Below are positions 31,223 through 42,943 of a stretch of 64,000 nucleotides of DNA, piece after piece. The notes under the pieces are model-generated. The model was not told the origin of the DNA. It worked only from the letters and a program-made list of their open reading frames with translations, and made no database searches. The first letter of the stretch is position 1; every line of letters starts with the position of its first letter. Made by a program: the position numbers and the translations under genes. This stretch comes from Trypanosoma brucei. Lineage: Eukaryota. The stretch lies in assembly GCA_000002445.1 (NCBI GenBank), contig CP000066.1, positions 512,001 through 576,000 of the forward strand, written 5' to 3'.

Positions 31223-34200
31223 TTAGTCGAGCACATGCCGTGCACGGAGTACAACATGCAACAAGTATGACTCTACCGTCTTATCCGCCGAGTTGTTTAT
31301 AAATATCCACATTGGCCAGCGCCCTTCTAACTGGCCTTCCGGTAGTCTCAACATGCTCATGTGCAGCGTGATAACTTGAGTATCTTGCGGGGCAAGCACG
31401 AACGTCTTTGGTTGGACATGAAGTTGGTACTTGTAGTTGTGATGAACAGTAAATATATCCTCACTTAAGCAGACATTCACAAAATGCAGCCGTCGGAGTA
31501 TTGGCGCGTTGGCTTCCTCAACACTCAACTCGATTGTTTGTGTATATGTCGGAGTCGGATACACCGTGGGAACTGTAACCAACGTTTTGGCAAGATGGTT
31601 GCTAGTCAGCGAATGCAGTAATAAGTGCTGTGTTCCCACCTCATGCGGTCGAAGGTGCATCATATACAATCCCTCTCGCTGCTCCACGCGCATGCGCGGG
31701 TCACTGCAATAAATCGCCTCAACACCCTCAGACGGAAGTGCCACAGCAGTGGTTTGACCGAACATCAGCTCACGTGTGGTCACCGTCTGTGAGGCAAATA
31801 TGCTAAGCTCCCATGTTTCTAATGCTTTACTCAACTTTTCATCCTCAAAAAGAGTGAGATACTCCACTCGTTGTTCATTACAATCCCGTGGAATCGTAGT
31901 GTGGATAGTTACTTCCTCCCACACAGTAACCGATGACTGAGTAATGGGGTCTAACACTACATTCGGCTCCACTGTCGTCTCATCGGAGGCAATAGAAACA
32001 TGGAGGCATGCATCACGCATAGTAGAAAGCAGCTTGTCACGTTCGGATGAAACTGAAAAGGCAGAGGAAGAAAAGAACCGTGAGAATATTTTCTTCGTCA
32101 CCCTTGACCCACTGGGGCCATATACCTCATAACGACGGTCGACACATGGCGGTCCCACATTGGCGTGCACGTCGATAATTCGTACCGCCTCATGAGTGGG
32201 AGTGTATACAAACGCACGAAGGTTAACCTGTTCGCCCTCCACATCAACGCTGGCCGAGCGAGAGTCCATTGCGTAAGTGTTTCTCTGCTGATTGAGACGA
32301 ACGACAAAAAGAATGTCCGCATGTTCGCGCGGCCCCAAGTGGACTGTTGGGCACGACAACACATCAAGCGCATCAGTGGCTGCTGGGTCCACTTCCACAG
32401 TGAATTGTAATCCCTGAGCAAATGGGTTCTGAAACGTTACGGATACCTGCTCTGGTCGGAAAGAGGCAACAGAAATGTAATGGTGCACGGTGAGGCGCTC
32501 CATTAGAGCCTCGCCTATCTTCTTTGACTTAAGTTCGTCTCGCTGTTTCTCCAGATAACGTAGTTTAAACTCACAATCTGCATCTTGCGGTCGAGCCCCT
32601 AAGTGAACCTTTGAAGATTGAATTCCATTGGCATAGAGCTGCTTAATATACTGCGCACGACGCCAGTGCATATCATTGTCCGGCACACTAGAGGCGGTAG
32701 AAAAATCCACCCCCGCTGTCGGTCCATGTTGCTTCAAACCCGTCGTAGACCCCACGAGGGGTTGAGCCCCCGGGTACGGCACACCCGTTACTCCGCCCGT
32801 TTCCGGACCCGAATGCACAGCTTGCTGCTCACTTGCGGCGTCATTAGCGGTGGTCATCAAGCCCTGCCGAGTAGCCTCCTGTTGCGGATGGTGCTTTGCC
32901 TCCATAAGGTTTGTATGCGGTAACTTCCTCGCCACAACGACACGTGACACCTTCAGTGGCTCCACAACACGATTCTCACTCTGCTTCGGGAGCGGTTGAC
33001 CCGTGCAAATGCAAAAAAGGGTCACATGCAACGAACCAGCATCTCGCACTACGGGCAAAACTTTAGATGGTACCTGAATTTCAGTGAAGCTGAGATCACG
33101 GTACACAACCAAGTCCTTTGGAATGCGAGCGCTCTCAGCATTGTACGGACGGCGAAACTCTGAGAGGCGTACATTCGCACTGCAAACGTAAAACATGGTT
33201 AGTGCGTTATAGATGTGAACATAGAGGATTGCATTGTCGCGTTGCTTATGCTTGTGCAAAAAGGGATTGTTAGCGACCTCAAAGGGTTCATACCATATCA
33301 TACCGCCCCGCTGCTTTCCTTCATACAATTTAAATGTGCTCACGTGCAATGATTTATCGAGAGCTACAGCCCGAATGGGTCCTATGGTTTGGAAAGGTAG
33401 CGATCCAAAGGAAAACATGAAGCAAATATCCTTTGGTATAGGAATGGACTCATCTACAGTAAGTCCTTCGAAGCGAATACCGTACATCGACCCGGCGTTT
33501 GTACAACTAGCTGATGTGTGCTCATCGATGGGGACGGCGTGCAGCGGATGAAGAATGGGTTGCAAACCCTCCTCTAACTTACGGCGTGTCTCCCATGAAA
33601 TAGAAACGGCAGTTGGTGTGAAGTTAAGTACGGTGATGGAGTCGGTTGCGTCATCCAGCTGCTTACCGGACTCGCTGACTCGTTTCGCCTCAACAGCCCG
33701 TTGGCGGTGCTGTCGAGAAGCCTGCTCCTGCATCTGCCGCAGCCGGCGGGTTTCTTCCATGATGTTGCAGAGCATCTTAAACACGTCAGTGGAACGCCCC
33801 TCGAGAACGGCCCCCACCGCGCCGCCATCATCGGCGTAGTCTAACAAAGGGAATGATGCCGCACTGTGCCTTTTATCGGCAGCGGCAACTGGCGCCAACG
33901 CATCTGCCGTTGAAAGAATCTCCATCTGCCGCCTACGCATATCAAATGGAGTAGGGATCAATTTGGCACCTTCAGTAATGGAGAGTAAAGTTGTTTTCCC
34001 CTCCCCCTCAGCTGCACTCACACCGTCCCCCTCATCTCCCAGCCTACCGCGCCTGCGTCCCAGTCGCCCTTCGCCCCTAACACCCGGCCGTGATACGTCG
34101 GCAACAGTATCAACAACGCCGGTATCATAATATCCCACCACTAGTGTCACAACAACGGGAAGCTTCCCGTACGGTGATGTGGGTTCCAACATGAGCATGC

Positions 34201-35281
34201 GTTGATCTCGACACGAGAAAGGTCCCTGAAGTGTGGGAAGGTTCTCTATGCGGACATCACAATCTTTCATAGGCATCACACAGAGGGGAAAAACACAGAA
34301 CCCTAAGACGCGGAAATCGTCATCTATTTCCCTTTTTCGCCGTATTGCCAACACCAGCGAGGTGGCGGAATGGACCGGTAGGCCGTCAATCTCCAGCGGG
34401 GTGGCGGAGTGCAGCAGCTGCTCCTTTAATTCTATTTGCTCAGATTTCACAGGCAACGACGACAACGATAACGACAATGAATCAGAAAATTCTGAAACGT
34501 TTGATGGTTTGGACCCATCCCTAAACACTAGTGAAACCTCAGCCCCCTGCCCCAACTGCCTATAACCGTTGTGGGCCACGACGGCAATGCGCCACTCTGC
34601 TGAGCTGTCGCGCCATTCATCATCGTCCGCGGTCGGTACTATGTAAATATTCTGCAACACGCATCGGAAAATGTCGGTCGACGCCTGCGGGCAGTCGTCC
34701 ACGAAGCTACGCGGTACCATAACACCGGTAGGGACCAGCCGCGTCAACAGTTGGCGTGTGGTATCGTCCTCAATAATCACCGCACTAAACGTAATTGTGT
34801 GCTCTTCCCCCTCAGATGCAGGCCACGCCTTGCGGCCTAAAGTTAAAACGTGCGCGCTGCCACGGTAAAGCTTAACAGAGGTGCTGGAGGCCATCGCCGA
34901 CAGCTCAACATAACCCCAAAACAGTGCCTGCCGCCGCAGAACCGCGTCCGGAAGCGGAGCCGGGATCAGAATCTCCACAGCTAGAACCACATCGTTTGGC
35001 CGACCCTGAAAAAGAACCGGCTCCCGCTCATCTCCTCGAGGAACATCATACGTCGCACCCACAAAATGGGAAGTGGCAACGTCAAACAGCGTCATTCGAA
35101 GCGCCACAACATCTTGGAATGGTGGTTCGGAGGGGAGCGGGTCCCAATTCACCTGAAGCGTGAGTACTCCATCAGTGGCACCCTCTGCCGCTGTATTGCA
35201 TTCCCATGTATCATATCGTACAGCGCTGGAGAGCAGCGCCCGCGCAGTTTGCTCCGCCGACCGGCTTCGTCTCATTCCCAT
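31223..35281 (-). CDS. Large hypothetical protein (1352 aa)
   Basis: Uninterrupted 4 kb minus-strand ORF with non-repetitive composition; no catalytic motif recognised; several segments predicted beta-rich. Confidence 0.6.
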   Translation of the reverse strand: MGMRRSRSAEQTARALLSSAVRYDTWECNTAAEGATDGVLTLQVNWDPLPSEPPFQDVVALRMTLFDVATSHFVGATYDVPRGDEREPVLFQGRPNDVVLAVEILIPAPLPDAVLRRQALFWGYVELSAMASSTSVKLYRGSAHVLTLGRKAWPASEGEEHTITFSAVIIEDDTTRQLLTRLVPTGVMVPRSFVDDCPQASTDIFRCVLQNIYIVPTADDDEWRDSSAEWRIAVVAHNGYRQLGQGAEVSLVFRDGSKPSNVSEFSDSLSLSLSSLPVKSEQIELKEQLLHSATPLEIDGLPVHSATSLVLAIRRKREIDDDFRVLGFCVFPLCVMPMKDCDVRIENLPTLQGPFSCRDQRMLMLEPTSPYGKLPVVVTLVVGYYDTGVVDTVADVSRPGVRGEGRLGRRRGRLGDEGDGVSAAEGEGKTTLLSITEGAKLIPTPFDMRRRQMEILSTADALAPVAAADKRHSAASFPLLDYADDGGAVGAVLEGRSTDVFKMLCNIMEETRRLRQMQEQASRQHRQRAVEAKRVSESGKQLDDATDSITVLNFTPTAVSISWETRRKLEEGLQPILHPLHAVPIDEHTSASCTNAGSMYGIRFEGLTVDESIPIPKDICFMFSFGSLPFQTIGPIRAVALDKSLHVSTFKLYEGKQRGGMIWYEPFEVANNPFLHKHKQRDNAILYVHIYNALTMFYVCSANVRLSEFRRPYNAESARIPKDLVVYRDLSFTEIQVPSKVLPVVRDAGSLHVTLFCICTGQPLPKQSENRVVEPLKVSRVVVARKLPHTNLMEAKHHPQQEATRQGLMTTANDAASEQQAVHSGPETGGVTGVPYPGAQPLVGSTTGLKQHGPTAGVDFSTASSVPDNDMHWRRAQYIKQLYANGIQSSKVHLGARPQDADCEFKLRYLEKQRDELKSKKIGEALMERLTVHHYISVASFRPEQVSVTFQNPFAQGLQFTVEVDPAATDALDVLSCPTVHLGPREHADILFVVRLNQQRNTYAMDSRSASVDVEGEQVNLRAFVYTPTHEAVRIIDVHANVGPPCVDRRYEVYGPSGSRVTKKIFSRFFSSSAFSVSSERDKLLSTMRDACLHVSIASDETTVEPNVVLDPITQSSVTVWEEVTIHTTIPRDCNEQRVEYLTLFEDEKLSKALETWELSIFASQTVTTRELMFGQTTAVALPSEGVEAIYCSDPRMRVEQREGLYMMHLRPHEVGTQHLLLHSLTSNHLAKTLVTVPTVYPTPTYTQTIELSVEEANAPILRRLHFVNVCLSEDIFTVHHNYKYQLHVQPKTFVLAPQDTQVITLHMSMLRLPEGQLEGRWPMWIFINNSADKTVESYLLHVVLRARHVLD

Positions 35282-36256
35282 TTTGTCTTCTTGGCACTAC
35301 CTTCGTTCGCAATGCACCTGCGAAGGGAAATCTTTTTTCCCTTCTGAGTGCCCGTGCCTCCGTCTCTAATTGAAGCACGCCAACAACCAAACTTTATGGA
35401 TGATGGCACTTCACGAAGTGCAGCAGATTTACTTGAGTCTTCCTAACTTCCACGCCCTCTATTCCGCTTCAAGCGAAACTGAAAAAGGCAACTCACAAAA
35501 GTCAGAGACACAATGTAAAGGCTAGTTGTCAGTAAATCATAGAGAAGAAAGTAGAAGAATGCCAACGGCAGGTACCAATAATGGTGCAATCTCATCGTGG
35601 GTGTCGAGTTGCGAAGGGAAGAAGCAAAGAACAGGACCAAAGTAATAAAGCGGTTTAGGCGCCCGTACGATATAAAAGACAGAAAACTCACCGACCTTAA
35701 GTGGCGGCAACACCACTATGCTCAAACAGAACTGCTGGTTTGGGTGATTATGGCCGTAACAGTTGTTATCACCATCGTGCCTCTCACCACCGTGTTACTG
35801 TTGTCATTACTTGCTTGCCTATTGAGAATAGCCCCAGCAAGTGAGCGGGCGGCAACATCGGCAAGTGCCTCAATTAAATTACATTCAAGTACCCCAACTC
35901 ACTCCTCCCACTGTTCTCCAGTAACTCCAGTTCCCTTCCCAATCCGACCTTGGTTTTAACACTCCGCGTGCGGGACCTCTCTCAAGGCGGTAGTCGGATG
36001 CCACAGGGACCAAGTCAGCAAGAAGAAAGAAATGCAAAGAAGGAAAGTGGTAGTTGCGACACGCCAGAGCCAACGGCGCTGTTGAGCAGCAAAATCGTGA
36101 TGAAGCCGCCAACTGCACCGTATGATGGCATGCGCAGCCCACCGTAAAACGCTAACGTTTGGACCGATAATTGATAAAGGCACCCCATTCATATTGGAAT
36201 AGTGTGTGCCCAGTTATACCAACGTAATAAGTGCATTAACAGGAAGCAGGCCAGGC

Positions 36257-37093
36257 CTACAAACCGAGTTCAGTGGGATCCCTCCCTGCCTTCTCAGCCA
36301 ATTCTCTTTTGTATTCTTCAAACATTTTCTCCATTCGATGTGATTCATTCACCACTAACAACACGAACATAAACCAAATGTAAGCGAGGGCCACCACCTG
36401 AGCCATGTCGCCCCACTTGTTCAGCTTATCAACAGTGTCGGTATCTCCAACAACGGCAGTCGTGTGATCCGTTACGTTAAACCCGAGACTCTGCAACACA
36501 TTCACTGCGTCAGGTACATAAGCCGGTGGAAGGATAAACATCAGTAAGCGGTTGTCTTCCGACGGGTGTGTGACGTACCTTTCTCCCACGATGTTAAGCA
36601 CGCGCCTCCCAACCCAGCTGTGAAACCTTTCACGATACATATTCGGTGTCAGTAGCAAAAGCAGCATTGGGGTTCGAATTGGCTGTTCGCGTGAGATAAA
36701 TTCACGCCGTGTGAGGTTAAGATCTATACAGTCGGGAAACCCCATGGGGTGAAAGTACGCGTAACCGGGGAAGATGTTTCGGCGCAAAAGAATGCGCGCG
36801 AGGTAAACGTGCGTCGGATTAAATATGTCGTTACTAACGTACAATTTGTGCTCCTTTGCGTAGGGTTGATAGACCCACTCAGAGTAATATGAATCTAAGG
36901 CATACCGCGGTGCAGGAACAATAACTATCTGTTGCTTTCGAAACGGGTGCGTCACCTTCAATACGCTTGCTAGGTATTTTTTTTCCTCAGTGCGAATGAT
37001 ATCCTGCACGCGCCACTTCTTCTTCGCGAAGAGTGACATGCTCTCTGGAGAAGATTCTGTCAGTTGGGCGGCACCCGGTGACTTGAGGCTCAA
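36257..37093 (-). CDS. Hypothetical protein (278 aa) with C-terminal transmembrane segment
   Basis: MAQVVALAYIWFMFVLLVV hydrophobic helix near C-terminus followed by charged tail; otherwise no motif. Confidence 0.5.
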   Translation of the reverse strand: MSLKSPGAAQLTESSPESMSLFAKKKWRVQDIIRTEEKKYLASVLKVTHPFRKQQIVIVPAPRYALDSYYSEWVYQPYAKEHKLYVSNDIFNPTHVYLARILLRRNIFPGYAYFHPMGFPDCIDLNLTRREFISREQPIRTPMLLLLLTPNMYRERFHSWVGRRVLNIVGERYVTHPSEDNRLLMFILPPAYVPDAVNVLQSLGFNVTDHTTAVVGDTDTVDKLNKWGDMAQVVALAYIWFMFVLLVVNESHRMEKMFEEYKRELAEKAGRDPTELGL

Positions 37094-37931
37094 CTGCCAC
37101 TAATACTGAACAGTTATCGCCTTCTCTCGCCTCTGCCCGCACCGCACGGTTCTCACGCTTCCGGTCCTGCGCGGGATATAAAAACACAGTTGACAGGAAT
37201 AACAATGAACGTGATAAAAAGAGACATCGATAATGAGATGTTGCCGAATGGACCGCCACAAACAAAGGAGAGGGTAAAATAACATAACAACACTTTGATT
37301 CCATTTTTTTTTTTTTAACGGTTAGCGCAAAAGAAAACGATAGCACTCTTCAACGACGAAAAAGAAAACCTTGGGTTACGAGAGCTCCATTGAACGCGCC
37401 CGGACACATTGTAGTAAGATAAACCAACATTTTTAAAGGTAAAAAGAAGACAAAACGGCGCCCCAACGTTGAAGATTCGTTCGACTACTCCGGAGTAACA
37501 GCTAAAGAAACATTTCACACACAAATACACGCGCGAAAGCAGGCATTCCTATGCACTGGTAACTGATAGTGACAAAACTATGTTCGTACCGCCATAAAGC
37601 ACAGCAATGTTTCAAGGGAACGAAAAGACGAAGTAGAATGCGACACCACCACCACCACCACCCTGGTCCCTATATATCTCAACGCGGTAAAAACCAGAAG
37701 CAGGTTTTTTAAAAAAAGGGGGTATTTATCACGTTGTTACCATAGGGAACGAAAAGAAAAAAATGAAAAGAAATGAAATGAAAAGAAAAGAACCGTTTCC
37801 GCAAAATAATATCCCTGTAATGGTGCACTCCAATACCTTCCCTCCCACCATCAGCTGTGAGCTCACATACCCATTCCTCATAATATTGTCTTCCTAGCGC
37901 CGGGACTGAAAATCTACAACAGTCTTATCCC

Positions 37932-37958
37932 ATTCCCTACTCACACACACACACACAC
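37932..37958. repeat. (CA)n microsatellite
   Basis: cacacacacacacacacacatacacac. Confidence 0.95.
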
Positions 37959-38051
37959 ACATACACACTGGGAAGCGAGCAGTGGCGCTAAGGAAGAAGC
38001 AAACAAGCACACACTCTTGAGAACAGAAGGGCGGCACCTAATTGTCACTCC

Positions 38052-39899
38052 TCAACAACCGCCCTCAAGCGCACAAAGTTCAGCTGTGTGGCGCTCCACG
38101 TACGCAAGTGCGCAACTGTCATTTACTCGACGTAAATGTGGAGTGAGGGCATCACGCACAGTGCGGTGGTAATCATTCACCAACCGCACCTCGTCAGCAG
38201 TTAGCATCGACACATCAATGAGATCTCGGCACAATGGCACCATCGTGAGTGCCTCAAACGTGAGAAACCCCTCTTGGCTGTGACGTGTCGGTGCCCGCAC
38301 GATTACCTCCAAGTTTTCAATACGTATGCCGTACTTTCCTGCTTTATAGTAACCAGGCTCATTAGACATAATCATTCCAGCAGCGAGAGTTGCTTCTGTT
38401 GGAGTGGGTCGATATCCAATACCCTGAGGTCCCTCGTGTACGTTAAGGAAAGACCCGACGCCATGACCCGTACCGTGGGCGTAGTCTAAACCATACCGCC
38501 AAAGGTGGACGCGCGCGAGTGCATCGAGCCGATGACCAGTCGTGCCTGTTGGCCACACCGCGTTGTGGAGCGCTAAGTGACCTTTCAAAACAAGTGTATA
38601 AGCCTGGCGCTCCTCATCAGAGGGTGGATTGAAACAAACTGTACGAGTTACATCAGTCGTACCATCAAGGTATTGAGCACCACTGTCCACAAGATAGAGT
38701 TGGTCCGGTACGATGGTAGCAGATCCCTCCTTGGGAGGGGTGTAGTGCACAACAGCACCATTTGGCCCAACGGAGGAAATAGTGGGGAAACTGAGCTGCA
38801 CAAAGTGCTCCTGCTCGCGGCGGAAACCCTCGACAACATCAGCACCGCTACACTCGGTGATAGTGGTGTCACCCTTCACAACAATCATGTCGTGTAACCA
38901 CGCGAGGTACCGCGTAAGTGCTACGCCGTCCCGTACGTGACAGCGGCGGAACCCTTCAATCTCAACGGCATTCTTTACTGCTTTAAGTCTCTGCGCTGGG
39001 CCGCATTTCACCCGATTCACTTTCATTTTGCATGACTCGAGCAGGGAGTACAGTCGTTGGCTCGTCTGGTATTCGTCGACCAGAAAGGCGGTGCCAGCGG
39101 GGAGCGCGCGGACATAATCCTCCAGCGCCTCATACGGGTGGAGACTAACTGAGACGACACTGCGGCCGGATTGGGTCAATTCCGCCTCGACAGGTGAAGA
39201 TACCTTCGCTGAATCCACAAAGAGCGCCACGGTCGGGTCGGGGGCGGAACGTACAAGAGCATAAGAATAAAATACCGGATTGTACGGAACGTCACTTCCA
39301 CGTAAGTTCGTGAGCCACGCTACCTCGTCAAGCGCAGAAAGGATCATGGCCTCACATTTTTGTCCCTTGAGCTCCTCCACAAGTGCCATCACCTTCTCCT
39401 CACGAGTTTGCCCACAGAACTGCTCAGGTCGGATGCTTAACATTTCCGCTTTCGCATCTGAGTTCTGCGGCATAAGTGGTCGAACAATCTCGGGGATAGG
39501 AACCAAATTAATAGCCTTCCGGCGCCTCTCCCACTCCGCGACAGTGGCAAGGTTATCATTCATTCCCACCAGCAAGTCTGGTTGAAGGTTAAGTCGGACA
39601 AAATCTTCCAGTGAGGGCACCCCCGGATGACCATCACGCATCAGTTGCCACTCCGGGTACAAACAATGGCCCGCCTCAAGCCAATAACGTCCATCCGTCC
39701 ATAAATACGCCTCCTCCATTGTTATGAGACACGTGCCCGCGCTTCCGTTGAAATTTGTCAAGAAACCACGGCACTTGTAACTGTCCATGACGTATTCGCT
39801 GTTGTGCGGATCGCTGGAGGGGACAATAAGAGCATTGATGGAGTGTAACTTCATGGCCTCACGCACGCGAGAAAGAATCTTGGCACTGTTGGTCGACAT
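38052..39899 (-). CDS. Xaa-Pro aminopeptidase (aminopeptidase P, peptidase family M24B)
   Basis: HGTGHGVGSFLNVHEGP, SNEPGYY, IRIENLE metal-ligand motifs of M24 'pita-bread' fold; 615 aa consistent with three-domain cytosolic APP. Confidence 0.9.
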   Translation of the reverse strand: MSTNSAKILSRVREAMKLHSINALIVPSSDPHNSEYVMDSYKCRGFLTNFNGSAGTCLITMEEAYLWTDGRYWLEAGHCLYPEWQLMRDGHPGVPSLEDFVRLNLQPDLLVGMNDNLATVAEWERRRKAINLVPIPEIVRPLMPQNSDAKAEMLSIRPEQFCGQTREEKVMALVEELKGQKCEAMILSALDEVAWLTNLRGSDVPYNPVFYSYALVRSAPDPTVALFVDSAKVSSPVEAELTQSGRSVVSVSLHPYEALEDYVRALPAGTAFLVDEYQTSQRLYSLLESCKMKVNRVKCGPAQRLKAVKNAVEIEGFRRCHVRDGVALTRYLAWLHDMIVVKGDTTITECSGADVVEGFRREQEHFVQLSFPTISSVGPNGAVVHYTPPKEGSATIVPDQLYLVDSGAQYLDGTTDVTRTVCFNPPSDEERQAYTLVLKGHLALHNAVWPTGTTGHRLDALARVHLWRYGLDYAHGTGHGVGSFLNVHEGPQGIGYRPTPTEATLAAGMIMSNEPGYYKAGKYGIRIENLEVIVRAPTRHSQEGFLTFEALTMVPLCRDLIDVSMLTADEVRLVNDYHRTVRDALTPHLRRVNDSCALAYVERHTAELCALEGGC

Positions 39900-40468
39900 T
39901 GTACCGTCTAGACGAAAATCCTTATTTCACCTTTGATAGACACAGCGGCCACCGTAAAAAGAGTGTGTCGTAGGTGCACGCAGGATGCAGATAATCGGTG
40001 GCTATACTAACGGTAAAATGAAAAGAAGCAACCGAATTTATTATTATTATTATTTTTTTTACTTTACCTTTCAAAGGCACGATGGCGAAGAAGTCAATTA
40101 GGAAAGAAAATAACGGCGAACCGTCACACACCAGGAGATTATTGAGCACGCAAGGGACAAATACCCTATGATATATATGCACACACAATCATGTGTGTGC
40201 ATATATTTGCGTGTGATGTGTCGTTATTGTTGCTAACGTTGCTTTTCTTTTTTTTTCATGAAAACTTTGTTACCACGCACGAGATTAAATTGTTACCAGA
40301 CAGCACGAAGACACAGGGACACATGAGAAAAAAAGAAGAAGAAAGGAGAAACGGATATAAAACACCGTATTCTCCCAAGTCTTCCACTACAAGGCGTGGT
40401 GTAACTGCCGTACTAAAATGGAGGGAAAAGGGAAAGAACGCTGTCGATTCACTCAGCGGCCCAGATGG

Positions 40469-40502
<34 letters not shown>

Positions 40503-40527
40503 AACGAGTAAGTAATAATAATAATAA
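40469..40527. repeat. Compound (CA)9-(TA)8 ... (AAT)5 microsatellite
   Basis: cacacacacacacacacatatatatatatatataaacgagtaagtaataataataataaa. Confidence 0.9.
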
Positions 40528-41024
40528 AACAAAAAAACAAAAGCACCCAGGTGGACCTACAACAAGTGGGGATCAACAGGCAGTCCCTGTCGCGTATCTC
40601 CGTCGGAGGCTTCCACTAGAGAGAAATAAACAAAAAAAAAGGAAAATGTTTTAACCCCCTCTCCAAACCTCACGCCCTAAACCCCTCCCTCCTTTTTTAC
40701 ATATAAATATAGTCTTACCTCCGTACTCGGCCGCTGTTGGCATTCACAATACATCAATTAATATTTCAGCACTCTGGCTATCAGAAAATTATATCACCCA
40801 GTGGAAAAAAAAAGCAGGTGGAAGGGAACTAACTAAAAACAAAAGATACAAGTACAAATAAGAAAGCGAGGGAGAAATGCATGTCGTTCCCCACTTTTCT
40901 TCTCCAACCAGTATTCCTTGGAAAGGTTATTTGTACAACTTCACTACCATTTCAGTCGCTACGGTATTTGCATGATCTAATTTTGTTTTTCCCTCTTTTA
41001 AATGAATCCTTCAGGGAAGCACAG

Positions 41025-41951
41025 TTACAACCCACCAGTAAGTAATATCACAGCTCTGCGCAGAGAAGTTTCGACATCTGCCGTCGTGGCGGTATCAATG
41101 CGATCCTTCAACTCTTCCAGCGCAGCTGCCATCACACGCTGGGCGGCACGGCGCTCACCCAACACGACGGGGTCCCCCAGCACCAACTCGAACCGCAGCG
41201 GCGTCGGAATAAAATCAAGAGTCTGCGAACGGCCCTCCAAAATGACATTATATCCGGCACATCGCAGTTTCTCCACAGCAGTTGCCGCAAAGCAGACAAC
41301 TTCACCTTGCATTTGTTGGGCTACAGTCGGTACAGCATTGTTCACAGCAGGAGACTTTAACAGCGTGTTCTCGATGTTTCGTACCTGTAGCTTCCCCTTA
41401 AGGACGATATCATATACGCCATTACCCAAGTCTTCAAATGTAACCTGTGAGTAAACACGCTGAATCACTTCCGAAGTCAACAACTCCGGGGAAAGGTCTC
41501 CCTTTAATTCCTCCAACAGAAGGTGCGTGTAACTTCGGAAGACGTTGCCGTTACTCCATGTGACGCAACGGGGAAGCGTTTGCTGCAGCAGCCGCACCGT
41601 TGTCCCCTTCCCCGTGCCGGAAAGTCCCTGCACAATAATGATTTTACCTTCCTTATCGGGGAGTTCCACCATTATCTCGTTAACCGCATCTTGTGTTGTC
41701 TTTGCTGACATGTCGATACGACGTCGCGGTGCAGGCGGCGGGTCTCTACTTTTGCGAAGAGTCCCTCGCTCCACCGCAATTTCTATTCCTTTCTCCAACT
41801 TTACGGAGTCCTCTTTATCACGCGCAATAATTGAGGTTCCCTCACTCACGCACAGAAGCTTGAATTTTTCATTGTCGTGTAGGAATTTAATCACCGCCCG
41901 GTTGCACGTGTCGTTCTGCTGCAGGAGCAGCTGTGAGGTAATAGTCGTCAT
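41025..41951 (-). CDS. P-loop kinase-like protein (308 aa)
   Basis: Walker A IIIVQGLSGTGKGTTVRLL; N-terminal about 100 aa extension; family not resolvable by eye (adenylate/nucleoside-kinase-like). Confidence 0.5.
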   Translation of the reverse strand: MTTITSQLLLQQNDTCNRAVIKFLHDNEKFKLLCVSEGTSIIARDKEDSVKLEKGIEIAVERGTLRKSRDPPPAPRRRIDMSAKTTQDAVNEIMVELPDKEGKIIIVQGLSGTGKGTTVRLLQQTLPRCVTWSNGNVFRSYTHLLLEELKGDLSPELLTSEVIQRVYSQVTFEDLGNGVYDIVLKGKLQVRNIENTLLKSPAVNNAVPTVAQQMQGEVVCFAATAVEKLRCAGYNVILEGRSQTLDFIPTPLRFELVLGDPVVLGERRAAQRVMAAALEELKDRIDTATTADVETSLRRAVILLTGGL

Positions 41952-42189
41952 GAGTCTGCGCGTTGTTTGCGGTACTCAGTTCCTCCTCGTTTCCTATTTT
42001 TTTTTTAAAAAAAAGATACTCCTTCGTTTATCTGATTTCCCCGTTTTGCTTCGTTTTCGCGTTACTACTGATTTCTTTTTGGTTTTAAAATGCTCCGATT
42101 GTTAATTTGTGACAATTAATTTACCGTGTTTTTTTGTTTTAACTTTTTTGTTGGTCTTTCGTACCCGGACTCTCTCACGTTACCGCTCA

Positions 42190-42480
42190 GCAACACGGAA
42201 GCAGTAAGGAAAGGAAGATGGTGGGGGGAGAGAAATGAGAATAGTAGCGAAGTTTCCACAAAATGAAGAATACAGAGAAACGAATAGTAAAATAAAATAA
42301 ATAAAAGCGGTAAGGAAATGAAACTTGAATGAGGGAGGGGTTGAGAGGAGGAGGAGGTGAAAGAGAGAGAGAGAGATGGAAGAAAAGAAAGAGAAAGAAC
42401 AATAGTAATTTATATATATATATATATATCATTAGAAAACAAAAAGAGGGGGAAAGGAGGAGAAATGACACCAACGGATA
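42190..42480 (-). promoter_or_regulatory. Extended polypyrimidine region (minus-strand sense) 240-530 nt upstream of P-loop kinase start, likely SL-acceptor region with long 5'UTR
   Basis: Plus strand purine-rich: ggaaaggaagatggtggggggagagaaatgagaa ... ggaggaggaggtgaaagagagagagagagatggaagaaaagaaagagaaagaac. Confidence 0.35.
42410..42429. repeat. (TA)10 microsatellite preceded by (GA)n 42361..42377
   Basis: aagagagagagagagatgg ... tatatatatatatatatata. Confidence 0.9.
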
Positions 42481-42933
42481 AAAATAATGTTTTAGCGTCC
42501 GTTCGGCAATTGGTCACACCACTCGTTAGGTGGCGCCCCATCACTTGCTTTTGTTTCTTTTCCTTTTTGGTATTGTTTTACTTTGCATACTGCATTATTC
42601 TTTTTGTTGATTTTATATCATTCCTCTTTATATATCATGTTGTTGTTGCCTTTTTTTATCACCCTTACTGGGATCTTTTTCCCCTTTTTTTTGTTTCAAC
42701 TTTACCTATTCTCTGCTTCTCCTTTAAGCATAATCTTGGCGGACTCGTCCGGTTTGATTTACAGTTAAGAACAGAAAAGAGAGAACATATATATATACAA
42801 AAATGTTATAATCATGATTATCATTTGGCACTTCCACCGGAAGCAGAAATCTCAAACCATATCCTTCAAAAACTCCCCTCCCCTTTGTCTTATTTGGCAT
42901 CGGTTTCCCTTCTTTTTATTTCTTTTTGGGTAC

Positions 42934-42943
42934 CCCCCCCCCC
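42934..42943. repeat. C10 homopolymer
   Basis: gggtacccccccccccgcctcc. Confidence 0.9.

Noticed and set aside
36660-36680. tRNA T-loop-like string gggttcgaattgg
   Set aside because: Lies inside a well-supported CDS, lacks a matching A-box or acceptor stem; no other tRNA-like B boxes (GGTTCGANTCC) found in the window
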